Source: Patescibacteria group bacterium (GTDB taxonomy: Bacteria; Patescibacteriota; Microgenomatia; UBA1400; PJMF01). From it: a stretch of DNA of 64,000 nucleotides. Below, in pieces: positions 46,504 to 55,207 of the stretch. How positions within the stretch are numbered: position 1 is the first letter of the stretch; each line of letters begins with the position of its first letter. Both the position numbers and the translations under genes were made by a program. Location: contig BOKX01000001.1 in the NCBI GenBank assembly GCA_016861205.1, positions 603,434 through 667,433 of the forward strand. The letters are read 5' to 3'. The notes beneath the pieces are model-generated. The model was not told the origin of the DNA, did not search any database, and was given only the letters and a program-made list of their open reading frames with translations.

Positions 46504-47088
46504 ATGACCACTGCCCCAACCTTACTGCCGCCACTCTTAGCCACTCAAACTGCCCAGCCACATGAGTACTTTTACATTTTTGACCCGCACATGCAACCCA
46601 TTGGCTTGAAGCGTCGCTATCATGTCCACCATGATGGTGACTGGCACCGAGGTGTGCAGCTCAACATTCGCTACCAAGATGAAATCCTCATCCAACGCCG
46701 CTCTGACCAGGTTGATATTGCTCAGCACTTGCTCGACCAAAGCCTAGCTACCCAGCTCATCTTGGCTGACAATGACAACGAGAAACAGGCACTGATCCGC
46801 GGCTTGGCGACTGAGCTGGGCTACCAAGCGAAACCACGCCAGCTGCGTAAAGTGGCTGGCCCTCGACGAATTATAAAGCGCTACTCGCACCATCCGGATC
46901 TCTGGAACCGCGAGTTTGTGTCACTGTACGAGCTGCGATTGCCAACTCGCCACCAGTTCACTCCCCACTCGCCAAAGGTCAGCAGTGTCGAGTGGTGGCC
47001 GACCGCCAAAGTTCTCAGTCTCTGGCAACACAACCCAAGCGCCTTCACCCAAACCTTCAGTATGTGGCTCAAGGAGACCCAACTATGA
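46504..47088 (+). CDS. Nudix-fold-like hypothetical protein (degenerate Nudix box)
   Basis: HHDGDWHRGVQLNIRYQDEILIQRRS resembles the Nudix N-terminal strand region. The box is degenerate (EKQALIRGLATELGY). The stop overlaps the next gene's start (ATGA). Confidence 0.35.
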   Translation: MTTAPTLLPPLLATQTAQPHEYFYIFDPHMQPIGLKRRYHVHHDGDWHRGVQLNIRYQDEILIQRRSDQVDIAQHLLDQSLATQLILADNDNEKQALIRGLATELGYQAKPRQLRKVAGPRRIIKRYSHHPDLWNREFVSLYELRLPTRHQFTPHSPKVSSVEWWPTAKVLSLWQHNPSAFTQTFSMWLKETQL

Positions 47089-47894
47089 CTGAGCTCAACT
47101 ACCCGCTGCGAGCGGTTATTTTGGCTGGCGGCCTCGGCACCCGCCTGCGAGAAGTCACCCACGGCCTGATTCCTAAAGCTGCCGTTACCATCGAACCAAG
47201 TAACCGCACACCTGGCTATCAGTACTTGATCGATGTCTGCCGCTATCTTGGCATCACCGATATCGCCTTGGTGGCAGACACTTTTCTGGAGTACTACCAG
47301 CAGCAACTGCCAACCAATCGCGATGTTCACCTCATTCACCAACACCGCTACCCCAACACTGGGGGAGCCATTTGGGAAGCTATGCAAACGCTTGATGCGC
47401 ATCACCAGTTGTTGCTCCTCAGTTCAGACTTCATCTTCGCCCCGAGTGACCTGCGCCGGTTGCTAACTGCCCACCAACCGGGGCAGTTGACTTGGGCCAC
47501 CTTGCCGCTGGGGCAACCTGAGATGGCCGGCTACGAAGGTCTGCTGGTCGACACTGATCATCAAGTCTGGGGTGATACCCAACTGACGCCCGATCTGACC
47601 CCACTAGCTGAAGCTCAGCCTGTCACTAAACTCGGCATCCAAATCGTCGATCCCTGCTTAGTCACCACCGCACTTGAACTCGCTGCCACCACCACCGACA
47701 ACGAACACCAGCTTTTCGACTGGTACTGGACTCTCTGCCCTCTGCTCGAAAGTCACAACTACCACCGGCTAGTGGCTGGCCAACCGTCGCACATCACGGC
47801 GGTGGAGTTTGCCCACCCTGCCCTTGATTATGGAACTCCAGAAAGGTTAGCGTTGGCCAGATGGTGGACTGGTCTGCTGAAACTCTATGCTTGA
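47085..47894 (+). CDS. Nucleotidyltransferase (sugar-phosphate/MobA-like NTP_transferase fold)
   Basis: AVILAGGLGTRLRE glycine-rich NTP-binding loop. Start at ATG 47085 with an AAGGAG Shine-Dalgarno 8 nt upstream; the track ORF start at 46992 is upstream and out of favour. Confidence 0.55.
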   Translation: MTELNYPLRAVILAGGLGTRLREVTHGLIPKAAVTIEPSNRTPGYQYLIDVCRYLGITDIALVADTFLEYYQQQLPTNRDVHLIHQHRYPNTGGAIWEAMQTLDAHHQLLLLSSDFIFAPSDLRRLLTAHQPGQLTWATLPLGQPEMAGYEGLLVDTDHQVWGDTQLTPDLTPLAEAQPVTKLGIQIVDPCLVTTALELAATTTDNEHQLFDWYWTLCPLLESHNYHRLVAGQPSHITAVEFAHPALDYGTPERLALARWWTGLLKLYA

Positions 47895-48420
47895 ACCAAC
47901 CTATCGCTACTGTCCACAATGCGCCTCATTCTTGCGACTAAAAGTCATTGATCGTCTGACACGCCAAGTTTGTACCAGTTGTGGCTGGATCAAGTACTTA
48001 CATACCCCGATCGTGGGGGTGGTGATTTTGCAAAATCATAAAGGCCAAATCTTACTGGTCCAACGTGCCCAAGCTCCATTCAAAGGTCAGTGGAGTTTGC
48101 CTGGTGGGTTTGCTGAGTTTGGCGAACATCCGCTCGACACCGCCCAGCGCGAGCTACGGGAAGAAACGGGCTTGGTCGTCACCGACTTGAGCATCGTTAA
48201 CGTGTACATCAGTGATGAACACCCGACCACCAACTCGCTGGTGGTGGTGTGTCAGGCCGTGTTGCCCAAAGCTCCGCGGCGAGTGACCGCCCACGACGAC
48301 ATTGTTCAGGCCACTTGGTTTAAACCAAACCTTGAACAACTGCCACCACTCGCTTTTGCCACTCAACAGTTAGCTCTTACATCTTGGCTCACCAGCCAGA
48401 AAGGTCACCATGACTCATAA
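47887..48420 (+). CDS. NUDIX hydrolase with N-terminal zinc ribbon (NudC-like architecture)
   Basis: CPQC...CTSC zinc ribbon, then a perfect Nudix box GGFAEFGEHPLDTAQRELREETGL. Confidence 0.75.
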   Translation: MLEPTYRYCPQCASFLRLKVIDRLTRQVCTSCGWIKYLHTPIVGVVILQNHKGQILLVQRAQAPFKGQWSLPGGFAEFGEHPLDTAQRELREETGLVVTDLSIVNVYISDEHPTTNSLVVVCQAVLPKAPRRVTAHDDIVQATWFKPNLEQLPPLAFATQQLALTSWLTSQKGHHDS

Positions 48421-48685
48421 TCTTGAACTCCGTGCCTTGTCGACACAGCCACCGACAGCCGAACACCCAACGCCAGAACCAGAGTACCTGCTGCTCATCG
48501 GTCCCCACACGCTGCTGGCTACCCTAGAAAGCTACGCTGCCGCACTAACTGATCAGCTGGGTGAAACTGCTGGCCACCGCACTTCCGTCCCTGCCAGCGA
48601 TGGCTGGCGACACAAAATCAGAATTGAGCTAACAGGTCCGCTACCCAAACCAGTCAGTGAACTAGCAAAGAGCATTGGTTTGTAA
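48410..48685 (+). CDS. Hypothetical protein (91 aa)
   Basis: ORF-only. Overlaps the preceding gene by 11 nt. High GC. Confidence 0.3.
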   Translation: MTHNLELRALSTQPPTAEHPTPEPEYLLLIGPHTLLATLESYAAALTDQLGETAGHRTSVPASDGWRHKIRIELTGPLPKPVSELAKSIGL

Positions 48686-48709
48686 TTTTCCTCACACTCG
48701 AGCTGTAAT

Positions 48710-49231
48710 TTGATAGCTAAACGCTACCTTGTGTCAGACACTCAGGTAGTTCACAATTCCCGAGGGTTTTCATACGAAAGGATCACGATGGGCGGACCCG
48801 CGCTAGCTGAACGCAACTTAGTACACACTTCTTCACCGCCCGATATTCCGTTTTTAACCCACGAGCTCATACCTCACTCAGCCAACCAAGCGCCCAGCGG
48901 TGAAGTGGTAGTAGTCTACCCCGGTGATACGCTGCTCCAAACCATCTCATACTGTGTTCAAAATACCGAGATCATGGTGACGCTCACGAACTTGGTCTTG
49001 GATCGCCCGGCACCGGCTGGGTACATTCCGGTGGAAACGACGATGAAACAGCACCGCCACAATGGCCACACCACAGCAAGTGAGACACCGGCAGACGAAT
49101 CGGCCGACGACTCGGCAGAAAACACCACTGATCACAAAGTGACTGGTTTACTCTCTGTCGGATTTTATGGTTTGGCGAACGGCACGCGATTGGTGTACCA
49201 ACCAACTAGGCCCGCTGCTCAGCCTGATTAA
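48710..49231 (+). CDS. Hypothetical protein (173 aa)
   Basis: ORF-only. Acidic/His-containing C-terminal tail. Confidence 0.3.
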   Translation: MIAKRYLVSDTQVVHNSRGFSYERITMGGPALAERNLVHTSSPPDIPFLTHELIPHSANQAPSGEVVVVYPGDTLLQTISYCVQNTEIMVTLTNLVLDRPAPAGYIPVETTMKQHRHNGHTTASETPADESADDSAENTTDHKVTGLLSVGFYGLANGTRLVYQPTRPAAQPD

Positions 49232-50129
49232 AGAAAGCGGCGGTGAGTAAGTAGCGAATCAGCCACCGTTGGTACGCAGGTTTTGCATGATTGGGATCCT
49301 TCAGAGCTTCCAGCACCTTGGGGCCAAATCGTTTTTCGAGCCGCTCAAATTTTTGTGTGTGCACTAAACGCGAGTAGGTGTGACCTTTAACTTCATAGGT
49401 TGCATCTAAGTAGTACTTGAGAGCATCAACTATCAATAACCACTGATCACCAGTGCGCCGTAGGACTAAACTACTGTTTGCCCAGTAATTCCGGCTTGGT
49501 ATCTCCATAGCAATATCGTTGGTCTTCATCAGTCGTAATGCTTCGACTTCGTCAAGCTCATACCTGAAAATAACTTGTTGGTTTGGTTGTCTAAAAAACT
49601 TGCTGACGTAGTAATCACAGACGGCTTCCCGCAACTCTAAGTTGTACTCATCGAGTTTAATCAAAACATGCATTAGCTCGTGGCAGGTCAGTAACATATG
49701 GGTCATGCATGTAAAGTCATGATCACGCTGACGAGCCGGTGGGTAGATCGGTGCTACGCCAGTCGCTACCAATGGAATGGTGGGGACTTCGTGCTCAGCA
49801 CCATTATCTAGAACCAGATTTAAAATTGAGAAACCTTTTAGCACTATCCGGTCATCTACCGGTTCAAGCTGATTATCTATGATCATATCCTGCAGTAATC
49901 CCACCTGTGATGAATCAGCTTGCGTCAAATGTTCGAGGGTAGCCCACGCTGCGTCACTCCGCAGTGGAATCCTTGAGCCAGCTAGTTCTTGCTCCATAAA
50001 GGTTAGAAAGGCCCGACCAGTTTCGTAAATTGCTGCGTGCTCCGTGGGTGACGTGCCTTCAATTTCCAGTCGCCAGGCGTCGATCAAATCAGTTGTCGCT
50101 GCCTGCGACATATCTAGTTCTGGTTTCAT
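49206..50129 (-). CDS. Hypothetical protein with HExxH motif (possible zinc metallopeptidase-like)
   Basis: LTCHELMHVLIKLDE contains HELMH. No other family features recognised. Confidence 0.35.
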   Translation of the reverse strand: MKPELDMSQAATTDLIDAWRLEIEGTSPTEHAAIYETGRAFLTFMEQELAGSRIPLRSDAAWATLEHLTQADSSQVGLLQDMIIDNQLEPVDDRIVLKGFSILNLVLDNGAEHEVPTIPLVATGVAPIYPPARQRDHDFTCMTHMLLTCHELMHVLIKLDEYNLELREAVCDYYVSKFFRQPNQQVIFRYELDEVEALRLMKTNDIAMEIPSRNYWANSSLVLRRTGDQWLLIVDALKYYLDATYEVKGHTYSRLVHTQKFERLEKRFGPKVLEALKDPNHAKPAYQRWLIRYLLTAAFFNQAEQRA

Positions 50130-50137
50130 AGAAAACG

Positions 50138-51310
50138 TTAATCCAAAAAGTCTTGGAGCATTTTGCGGCGGCTGGGGTGCTTCAACTTGCGCAGAGCCTT
50201 GGCTTCAATTTGCCGAATGCGTTCACGCGTCACGCCAAACTTTTGGCCGACTTCTTCTAAGGTCATCATTTTGTTGCCACTCAGACCAAACCGCATCCGC
50301 AGCACTTTGGCCTCACGGTCGGACAGCGCACTGAGCACCTCTTCGATGTTCTCGCGCAGCATTTGTTGACTGGTAGCTTCGTACGGTGAAATTTGGCGAT
50401 CATCAGCGATGAAGTCACCGAGCACACTGTCATCATCACTCTCACCCACTGGTGATTCGAGTGACGTGGTGTTTTGAGAAATCTTCAAAATCTCTCGGAC
50501 CTTATCGGCGTCCATGCCCTCCATGGCTGCGGCAATTTCTTCGGGGGTGGGCTCGCGACCCAACTCCTGCATCAGCTTGCGGGCGGTACGCATCAGCTTG
50601 TTGATGGTCTCGACCATGTGCACTGGAATACGGATGGTCCGAGCTTGGTCAGCGATAGCGCGGGTAATGGCTTGGCGAATCCACCAGGTGGCGTAGGTTG
50701 AGAACTTGAAACCTTTGGTCCAGTCGTACTTTTCGACGGCCCGGATCAAACCTTTATTACCTTCTTGGATCAAGTCCAAAAACGTCATGCCTCGGCCGAT
50801 GTACTTTTTGGCAATAGAAACCACCAACCGCAAGTTGGATGCTGTCAGTTTCTCTTTGGCTTTCAGATCACCAGCCTCAGCTTTTTGAGCCAACCGAATT
50901 TCGTCTTCCCGATTGAGCAACGGAATGCGGCCGATCTCTTTGAGGTACATCCGCACTGGGTCGGACACACCGTCTGTTTCCAGCGATGACAACACGTCCA
51001 GCTCGCGCTGCAACACATCAGTGTCATCAACTTTGGTGTCTTCAGATACTGACTCAAAAATATCGATACTGTCTTGGAGAATCTGGGCGTAAAAATCATC
51101 CAGCTCATCGAGGTACAACTCAGGCTCAACGAACACGTCCAAGACTTCGTCTTGGGTTACAAACCCACGTTGTTTGGCTTTTTTGAGCAGGTCTTGAATA
51201 TCCTGCAACAAAGCCTTGGGCACACTTGGTGTCTTAGTAGCTGACTTGGCAGTTGATTTAGTGGCAGATTTGGTTGATTTAGAAGGCATAACGGATTCCA
51301 TATTATACAC
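50138..51310 (-). CDS. rpoD: RNA polymerase sigma-70 factor RpoD
   Basis: Region 2 ([41 protein letters not shown]), region 3 and region 4 ([29 protein letters not shown]). The start may be the internal MPSKSTK (51289). Confidence 0.9.
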   Translation of the reverse strand: MYNMESVMPSKSTKSATKSTAKSATKTPSVPKALLQDIQDLLKKAKQRGFVTQDEVLDVFVEPELYLDELDDFYAQILQDSIDIFESVSEDTKVDDTDVLQRELDVLSSLETDGVSDPVRMYLKEIGRIPLLNREDEIRLAQKAEAGDLKAKEKLTASNLRLVVSIAKKYIGRGMTFLDLIQEGNKGLIRAVEKYDWTKGFKFSTYATWWIRQAITRAIADQARTIRIPVHMVETINKLMRTARKLMQELGREPTPEEIAAAMEGMDADKVREILKISQNTTSLESPVGESDDDSVLGDFIADDRQISPYEATSQQMLRENIEEVLSALSDREAKVLRMRFGLSGNKMMTLEEVGQKFGVTRERIRQIEAKALRKLKHPSRRKMLQDFLD

Positions 51311-51369
51311 TAGATTGATATATCAGAGAGTGGCAAGTCTGCGAACAACAATGTTACACTCATCACCAT

Positions 51370-51903
51370 ATGATTGAGACCGAAGCTCCCAAATCACTTG
51401 GCATAGCAGACAGTATTCTTGAGTCGATTGGTCAGGCTGACTTCATTTCTCGATCAGGTCAAAAAATGAGATATGTTAACTCAGAAAATGAGATTAGCAT
51501 ATATACCTATGATGCCGACATCACCAAGCTCAGCATACAAATTGACAGCGATGGCTTCATCCATTTTGACGTTTACACCAAAGGCTACAAGGGTGATCCA
51601 AACCTGAAACACCCTGATTTTTTTGCTAAAGAGTTTATGCAAAAAGCTATAGCCATATTCCGAAAAAGAGGCTACCGCATCCGTGGTTTCAAGTCTACTT
51701 GGCTCAACTTTGGCAACTTCACCAGTGACAACACCCTCGCTTATCTCAGCAATAAGCAAGCTGGAATGCCCGCCGCCGAAGCTGCTCTTAACACATGGAG
51801 TGGCAAACTAGCCAAATCCTTCGGCTTCAAAAAAGTAACTCAGGTTGAAGAAGACAGTACCACATCTGGCGAGTTGATCTCTGTTGACGTCACCTTTGAG
51901 TAA
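51370..51903 (+). CDS. Hypothetical protein (177 aa), lower-GC gene between rpoD and gdhA
   Basis: ORF-only. Roughly 43% GC by eye. No motif recognised. Confidence 0.35.
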   Translation: MIETEAPKSLGIADSILESIGQADFISRSGQKMRYVNSENEISIYTYDADITKLSIQIDSDGFIHFDVYTKGYKGDPNLKHPDFFAKEFMQKAIAIFRKRGYRIRGFKSTWLNFGNFTSDNTLAYLSNKQAGMPAAEAALNTWSGKLAKSFGFKKVTQVEEDSTTSGELISVDVTFE

Positions 51904-51914
51904 CTTGCTCGGGT

Positions 51915-53225
51915 CTAGACCACGCCTCGCAGCATCATGGCATCAACCACTCGCTTAATCGCGGTCATGTAAGTCGCCATTCGGCCAGGTTGGTTGGTTT
52001 GCTCGCGCATGGCCCACATCTCGCCGAAGGCTTTGACCATCAATGGCTTGAGCTTGGAAATGACTTCCTCGTGCGTCCAGCTGTACCCTTGCAAGTTTTG
52101 CACCCACTCAAAGTATGAGGTAGTCACGCCACCGGCATTGGCCAAGACATCGGGCACTAACACCACGCCATTTTTGGCTAAGATCTCGTCAGCCTCCGGG
52201 GTGACTGGACCATTGGCCATCTCGATGATGGCTTTGGCTTGAATACGACCGGCGTTTTCAGCCGTGATGACGTTTTCCAAAGCAGCGGGCACAATGATGT
52301 CGACTGGCAGTTCCAGCAGCTCTGCATTAGTCAGCACTTTACCCTGTGAAGGATCACAGACACCATCTACACACATACACTCAGCAATACTGCCAAATTT
52401 TTTCTTGCACTCTAGCGTTTTAGCTACGTCCAAACCTTTTTCGACGTAGATGGCCCCCTTGGAGTCTGACACCGCTACCACACGGTAACCGAGTCGATCA
52501 GCATGATAAGCAAACCAATAGCCAACATTACCGAAACCTTGTACGGCGATAGAGACATCTTGTTTGCGCAAACCTAGTTTGGCCACCAACTCTTCCAGCA
52601 CAAACACGCCACCCAAACCGGTGGCTTCTTCTCGACCTTCCGACCCACCCAGCATCACCGGCTTACCAGTGAAGGTGGCTAACGGATTTTCGAGCAACTG
52701 ACCTTTACTCTGCAGCGCTTGCTGGTACTCATCAACCATCCACGCCATGATCTGACCAGTGGTGTTGACGTCAGGCGCGGGAATGTCCTGCCACGGTCCG
52801 ATGTGATCGGCCACTAGCTGCACATATGCGCGACTCAGCCGCTCTAGCTCACCAGTCGACAGTTCGCGAGGGTTCACAATCACTCCCCCTTTACCGCCAC
52901 CATAAGGAATGCCGGTCACCGCGCACTTCCACGTCATCCAGGTTGATAGGGCTTTGACCTCGGATAAACTCACATCTTGGTGATAGCGAATACCACCTTT
53001 GTAGGGTCCGCGGGCGTTGTTGTGCTGGGCGCGGTAGGCTTGAAACTGCTTGGTGCTGCCATCATCCATCTTAACTGACAACTCAGCCTCGATGACTCGA
53101 TCTGGTTCGCTCAATTTAGTGATCGCTTGGTCAAACCGATCAGCTTGATCGGCGTACTGGGGACGCAGCAACTCTGCGACTTGGTGCAGCTGCTGCACAG
53201 CATTGGCATGAGGATCATTTGACAT
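51915..53225 (-). CDS. gdhA: Glutamate dehydrogenase (Glu/Leu/Phe/Val dehydrogenase family)
   Basis: Catalytic motif GIPYGGGKGGVIV and NAD(P)-binding GFGNVGYWFA. Confidence 0.9.
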   Translation of the reverse strand: MSNDPHANAVQQLHQVAELLRPQYADQADRFDQAITKLSEPDRVIEAELSVKMDDGSTKQFQAYRAQHNNARGPYKGGIRYHQDVSLSEVKALSTWMTWKCAVTGIPYGGGKGGVIVNPRELSTGELERLSRAYVQLVADHIGPWQDIPAPDVNTTGQIMAWMVDEYQQALQSKGQLLENPLATFTGKPVMLGGSEGREEATGLGGVFVLEELVAKLGLRKQDVSIAVQGFGNVGYWFAYHADRLGYRVVAVSDSKGAIYVEKGLDVAKTLECKKKFGSIAECMCVDGVCDPSQGKVLTNAELLELPVDIIVPAALENVITAENAGRIQAKAIIEMANGPVTPEADEILAKNGVVLVPDVLANAGGVTTSYFEWVQNLQGYSWTHEEVISKLKPLMVKAFGEMWAMREQTNQPGRMATYMTAIKRVVDAMMLRGVV

Positions 53226-53334
53226 ACACTCCTTTGGGCATGATGGTTAAGTAAATCATGTCGAATCACTTCTTAATTGACGCGCAACTGACATCAGCTC
53301 ACTTGCCACAGTAGGACCAAATGAGCAGGCACGA

Positions 53335-54405
53335 TTACTGTTGTTCAAGCCACCGCTCGGCATCGAGCGCCGCTGCGCAACCTTGGCCGGCCGCGGTGAT
53401 AGCTTGTTTGTAGCGCACGTCGACTACATCACCAGCTGCGAACACTCCTTCAACTGAAGTCATAGTTGGGAAAGCCACTAACTGTCGGTCATCGATGGCC
53501 GCTTGAGCCAGCTTAACGCCGGCGACCGAGGCGCTTTGTCGAGTCAAAATATACCCATGATCGTCCAAAGCCACCTGGTCAACAAACAAACTCGTGACCG
53601 GCCGGTGGCCGATAGCCACAAACACGCCCTCTGCAGGCAAAGTTTGTGTCGTACCAGCCTGTGTGTCTTTGACCACGATGTGAGTTAGGTGGTCACTGCC
53701 TTCAATTTTCTCGACGACACTATTCCATATGACTTTGACTTTAGGATGATTGAGCACTCGTTCTTGCATGATTTTGCTGGCTTTGAACGCCTCGCGGCGG
53801 TGAATAATTGTCACCGAACTAGCAAACTTGGTCAGCGCCAAAGCATCTTCCATAGCACTGTCGCCACCGCCCACCACAAACGTGACTTTGTCACGATAAA
53901 ACGCAGCGTCACAGACTGCACACGTGCTCAGTCCCTTGCCGTAAAACTCTTTTTCACCTGGGACACCTAGCATGATCGAGCTGGCACCTGTACTCAAAAT
54001 CAAACTTTCAGCCATCACAGCCGGCTCGGCTTGCATCACCGTTGCCCGCATGGCCTTAGCCTCATCGGGTCCCAGTTTGGCAAACTCATCGGGAGCCACA
54101 TCAGCAGGTAAATTCGTCCAAATCTTGAAGGGTCGGGCTGACAGATCAACAGCGGTCACGTACTCGTCCCGAATCTCGGTTCCAAATCGAGCCGCTTGCT
54201 CGCGCATGGTCCACATCAGTTCCGGGCCTTGGATGCCATCTTTGAATCCGGGGAAGTTCTCCACTTCCGTCGTGTTCATCAGCTGGCCACCTGCTTGGAA
54301 ACCCGCGTACTGAACTGTCGATAACTTGGCTCGTGAAGTGTAGATAGCCGCGGTATAGCCGGATGGACCGGCTCCAATAATCACGACTTGCTTTTGATCT
54401 GGCAC
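53335..54405 (-). CDS. trxB: Thioredoxin-disulfide reductase
   Basis: FAD motif VIIGAGPSGYTAAIY, redox-active CAVCDA, NAD(P)H motif VVGGGDSAMEDA. Confidence 0.85.
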   Translation of the reverse strand: MPDQKQVVIIGAGPSGYTAAIYTSRAKLSTVQYAGFQAGGQLMNTTEVENFPGFKDGIQGPELMWTMREQAARFGTEIRDEYVTAVDLSARPFKIWTNLPADVAPDEFAKLGPDEAKAMRATVMQAEPAVMAESLILSTGASSIMLGVPGEKEFYGKGLSTCAVCDAAFYRDKVTFVVGGGDSAMEDALALTKFASSVTIIHRREAFKASKIMQERVLNHPKVKVIWNSVVEKIEGSDHLTHIVVKDTQAGTTQTLPAEGVFVAIGHRPVTSLFVDQVALDDHGYILTRQSASVAGVKLAQAAIDDRQLVAFPTMTSVEGVFAAGDVVDVRYKQAITAAGQGCAAALDAERWLEQQ

Positions 54406-54456
54406 GCTGACTCCTTTAGTTGTTTTGTTAGTAGGTTGGTACGCCGCTACGATTGA

Positions 54457-54840
54457 CTAGGCCTTAGCAGTCGCACCGGTGGCTTTGTCCAGCATTTGGC
54501 GATAACCAGCTTCACCTGGGAAACCGATCTTCCGATCAATTTCTTTCATTTGGTCACCATCTTTTTTCATGACGACTACTGTGGGAATGCTCATCACTCC
54601 AAATTGGCGAGCCGTGTCGTTGTTCTCGTCGACATCGAGCTTAACCAACATTGCTTGATCAGCATACTCGAGTGATAACTTGTCGATAACTGGACCAGCC
54701 AGTTTGCAGGGACCACACCAGGTTGCAAAAAAATCGATCATGATTGGTTTGTCGCCAGCTGACTTGAAAAGAGCCATCAGCTCCTCACCGGTAACGTGTT
54801 GAGCACCGGTTTGACCGGTGGTTGGGTTGGCTTGTGCCAT
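54457..54840 (-). CDS. trxA: Thioredoxin
   Basis: WCGPCK active site. Start placed at MAQANPT (cat 54838-54840) behind a strong GAGGAGGAAGT Shine-Dalgarno; the track ORF extends to 54879. Confidence 0.85.
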   Translation of the reverse strand: MAQANPTTGQTGAQHVTGEELMALFKSAGDKPIMIDFFATWCGPCKLAGPVIDKLSLEYADQAMLVKLDVDENNDTARQFGVMSIPTVVVMKKDGDQMKEIDRKIGFPGEAGYRQMLDKATGATAKA

Positions 54841-54905
54841 ACTTCCTCCTCGCCGCGCCAATGGCACGGACTTATACATGTACTTGGTCGTTACAAACCG
54901 CTCGC

Positions 54906-55175
54906 TTAGTAGCGAAACACTTCCGCCAAAATAGCCTCTAGCTCAGAGATTTTCCGCTCACGTGAGCACCGACTGGCCTCACTGGTCAGTAAATCTCTCG
55001 CCACTCGACCAAGTGAACTGCGAGCCGCAATCACTTGATGGACAATGTCAACACAGGCGCGCTCTGTTTGGTACATGGCAATAATGCCATCCAGCTGGCC
55101 GCGGATCCGCTTCAATTGCGTGAGCACTCGGTCAGAAGAGCCGGCTTGGCCTAGTTGATCATCGGTTGGTAACAT
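54906..55175 (-). CDS. CsoR/RcnR/FrmR-family (DUF156) metal/thiol-responsive repressor
   Basis: LKRIRGQLDGIIAMYQTERACVDIVHQV...SEASRCS. The two Cys are 29 residues apart, as in M. tuberculosis CsoR C36/C65. Confidence 0.7.
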   Translation of the reverse strand: MLPTDDQLGQAGSSDRVLTQLKRIRGQLDGIIAMYQTERACVDIVHQVIAARSSLGRVARDLLTSEASRCSRERKISELEAILAEVFRY

Positions 55176-55207
55176 GGGTCAAAGATACCCCTAGGGGGTA
55201 TATATTG

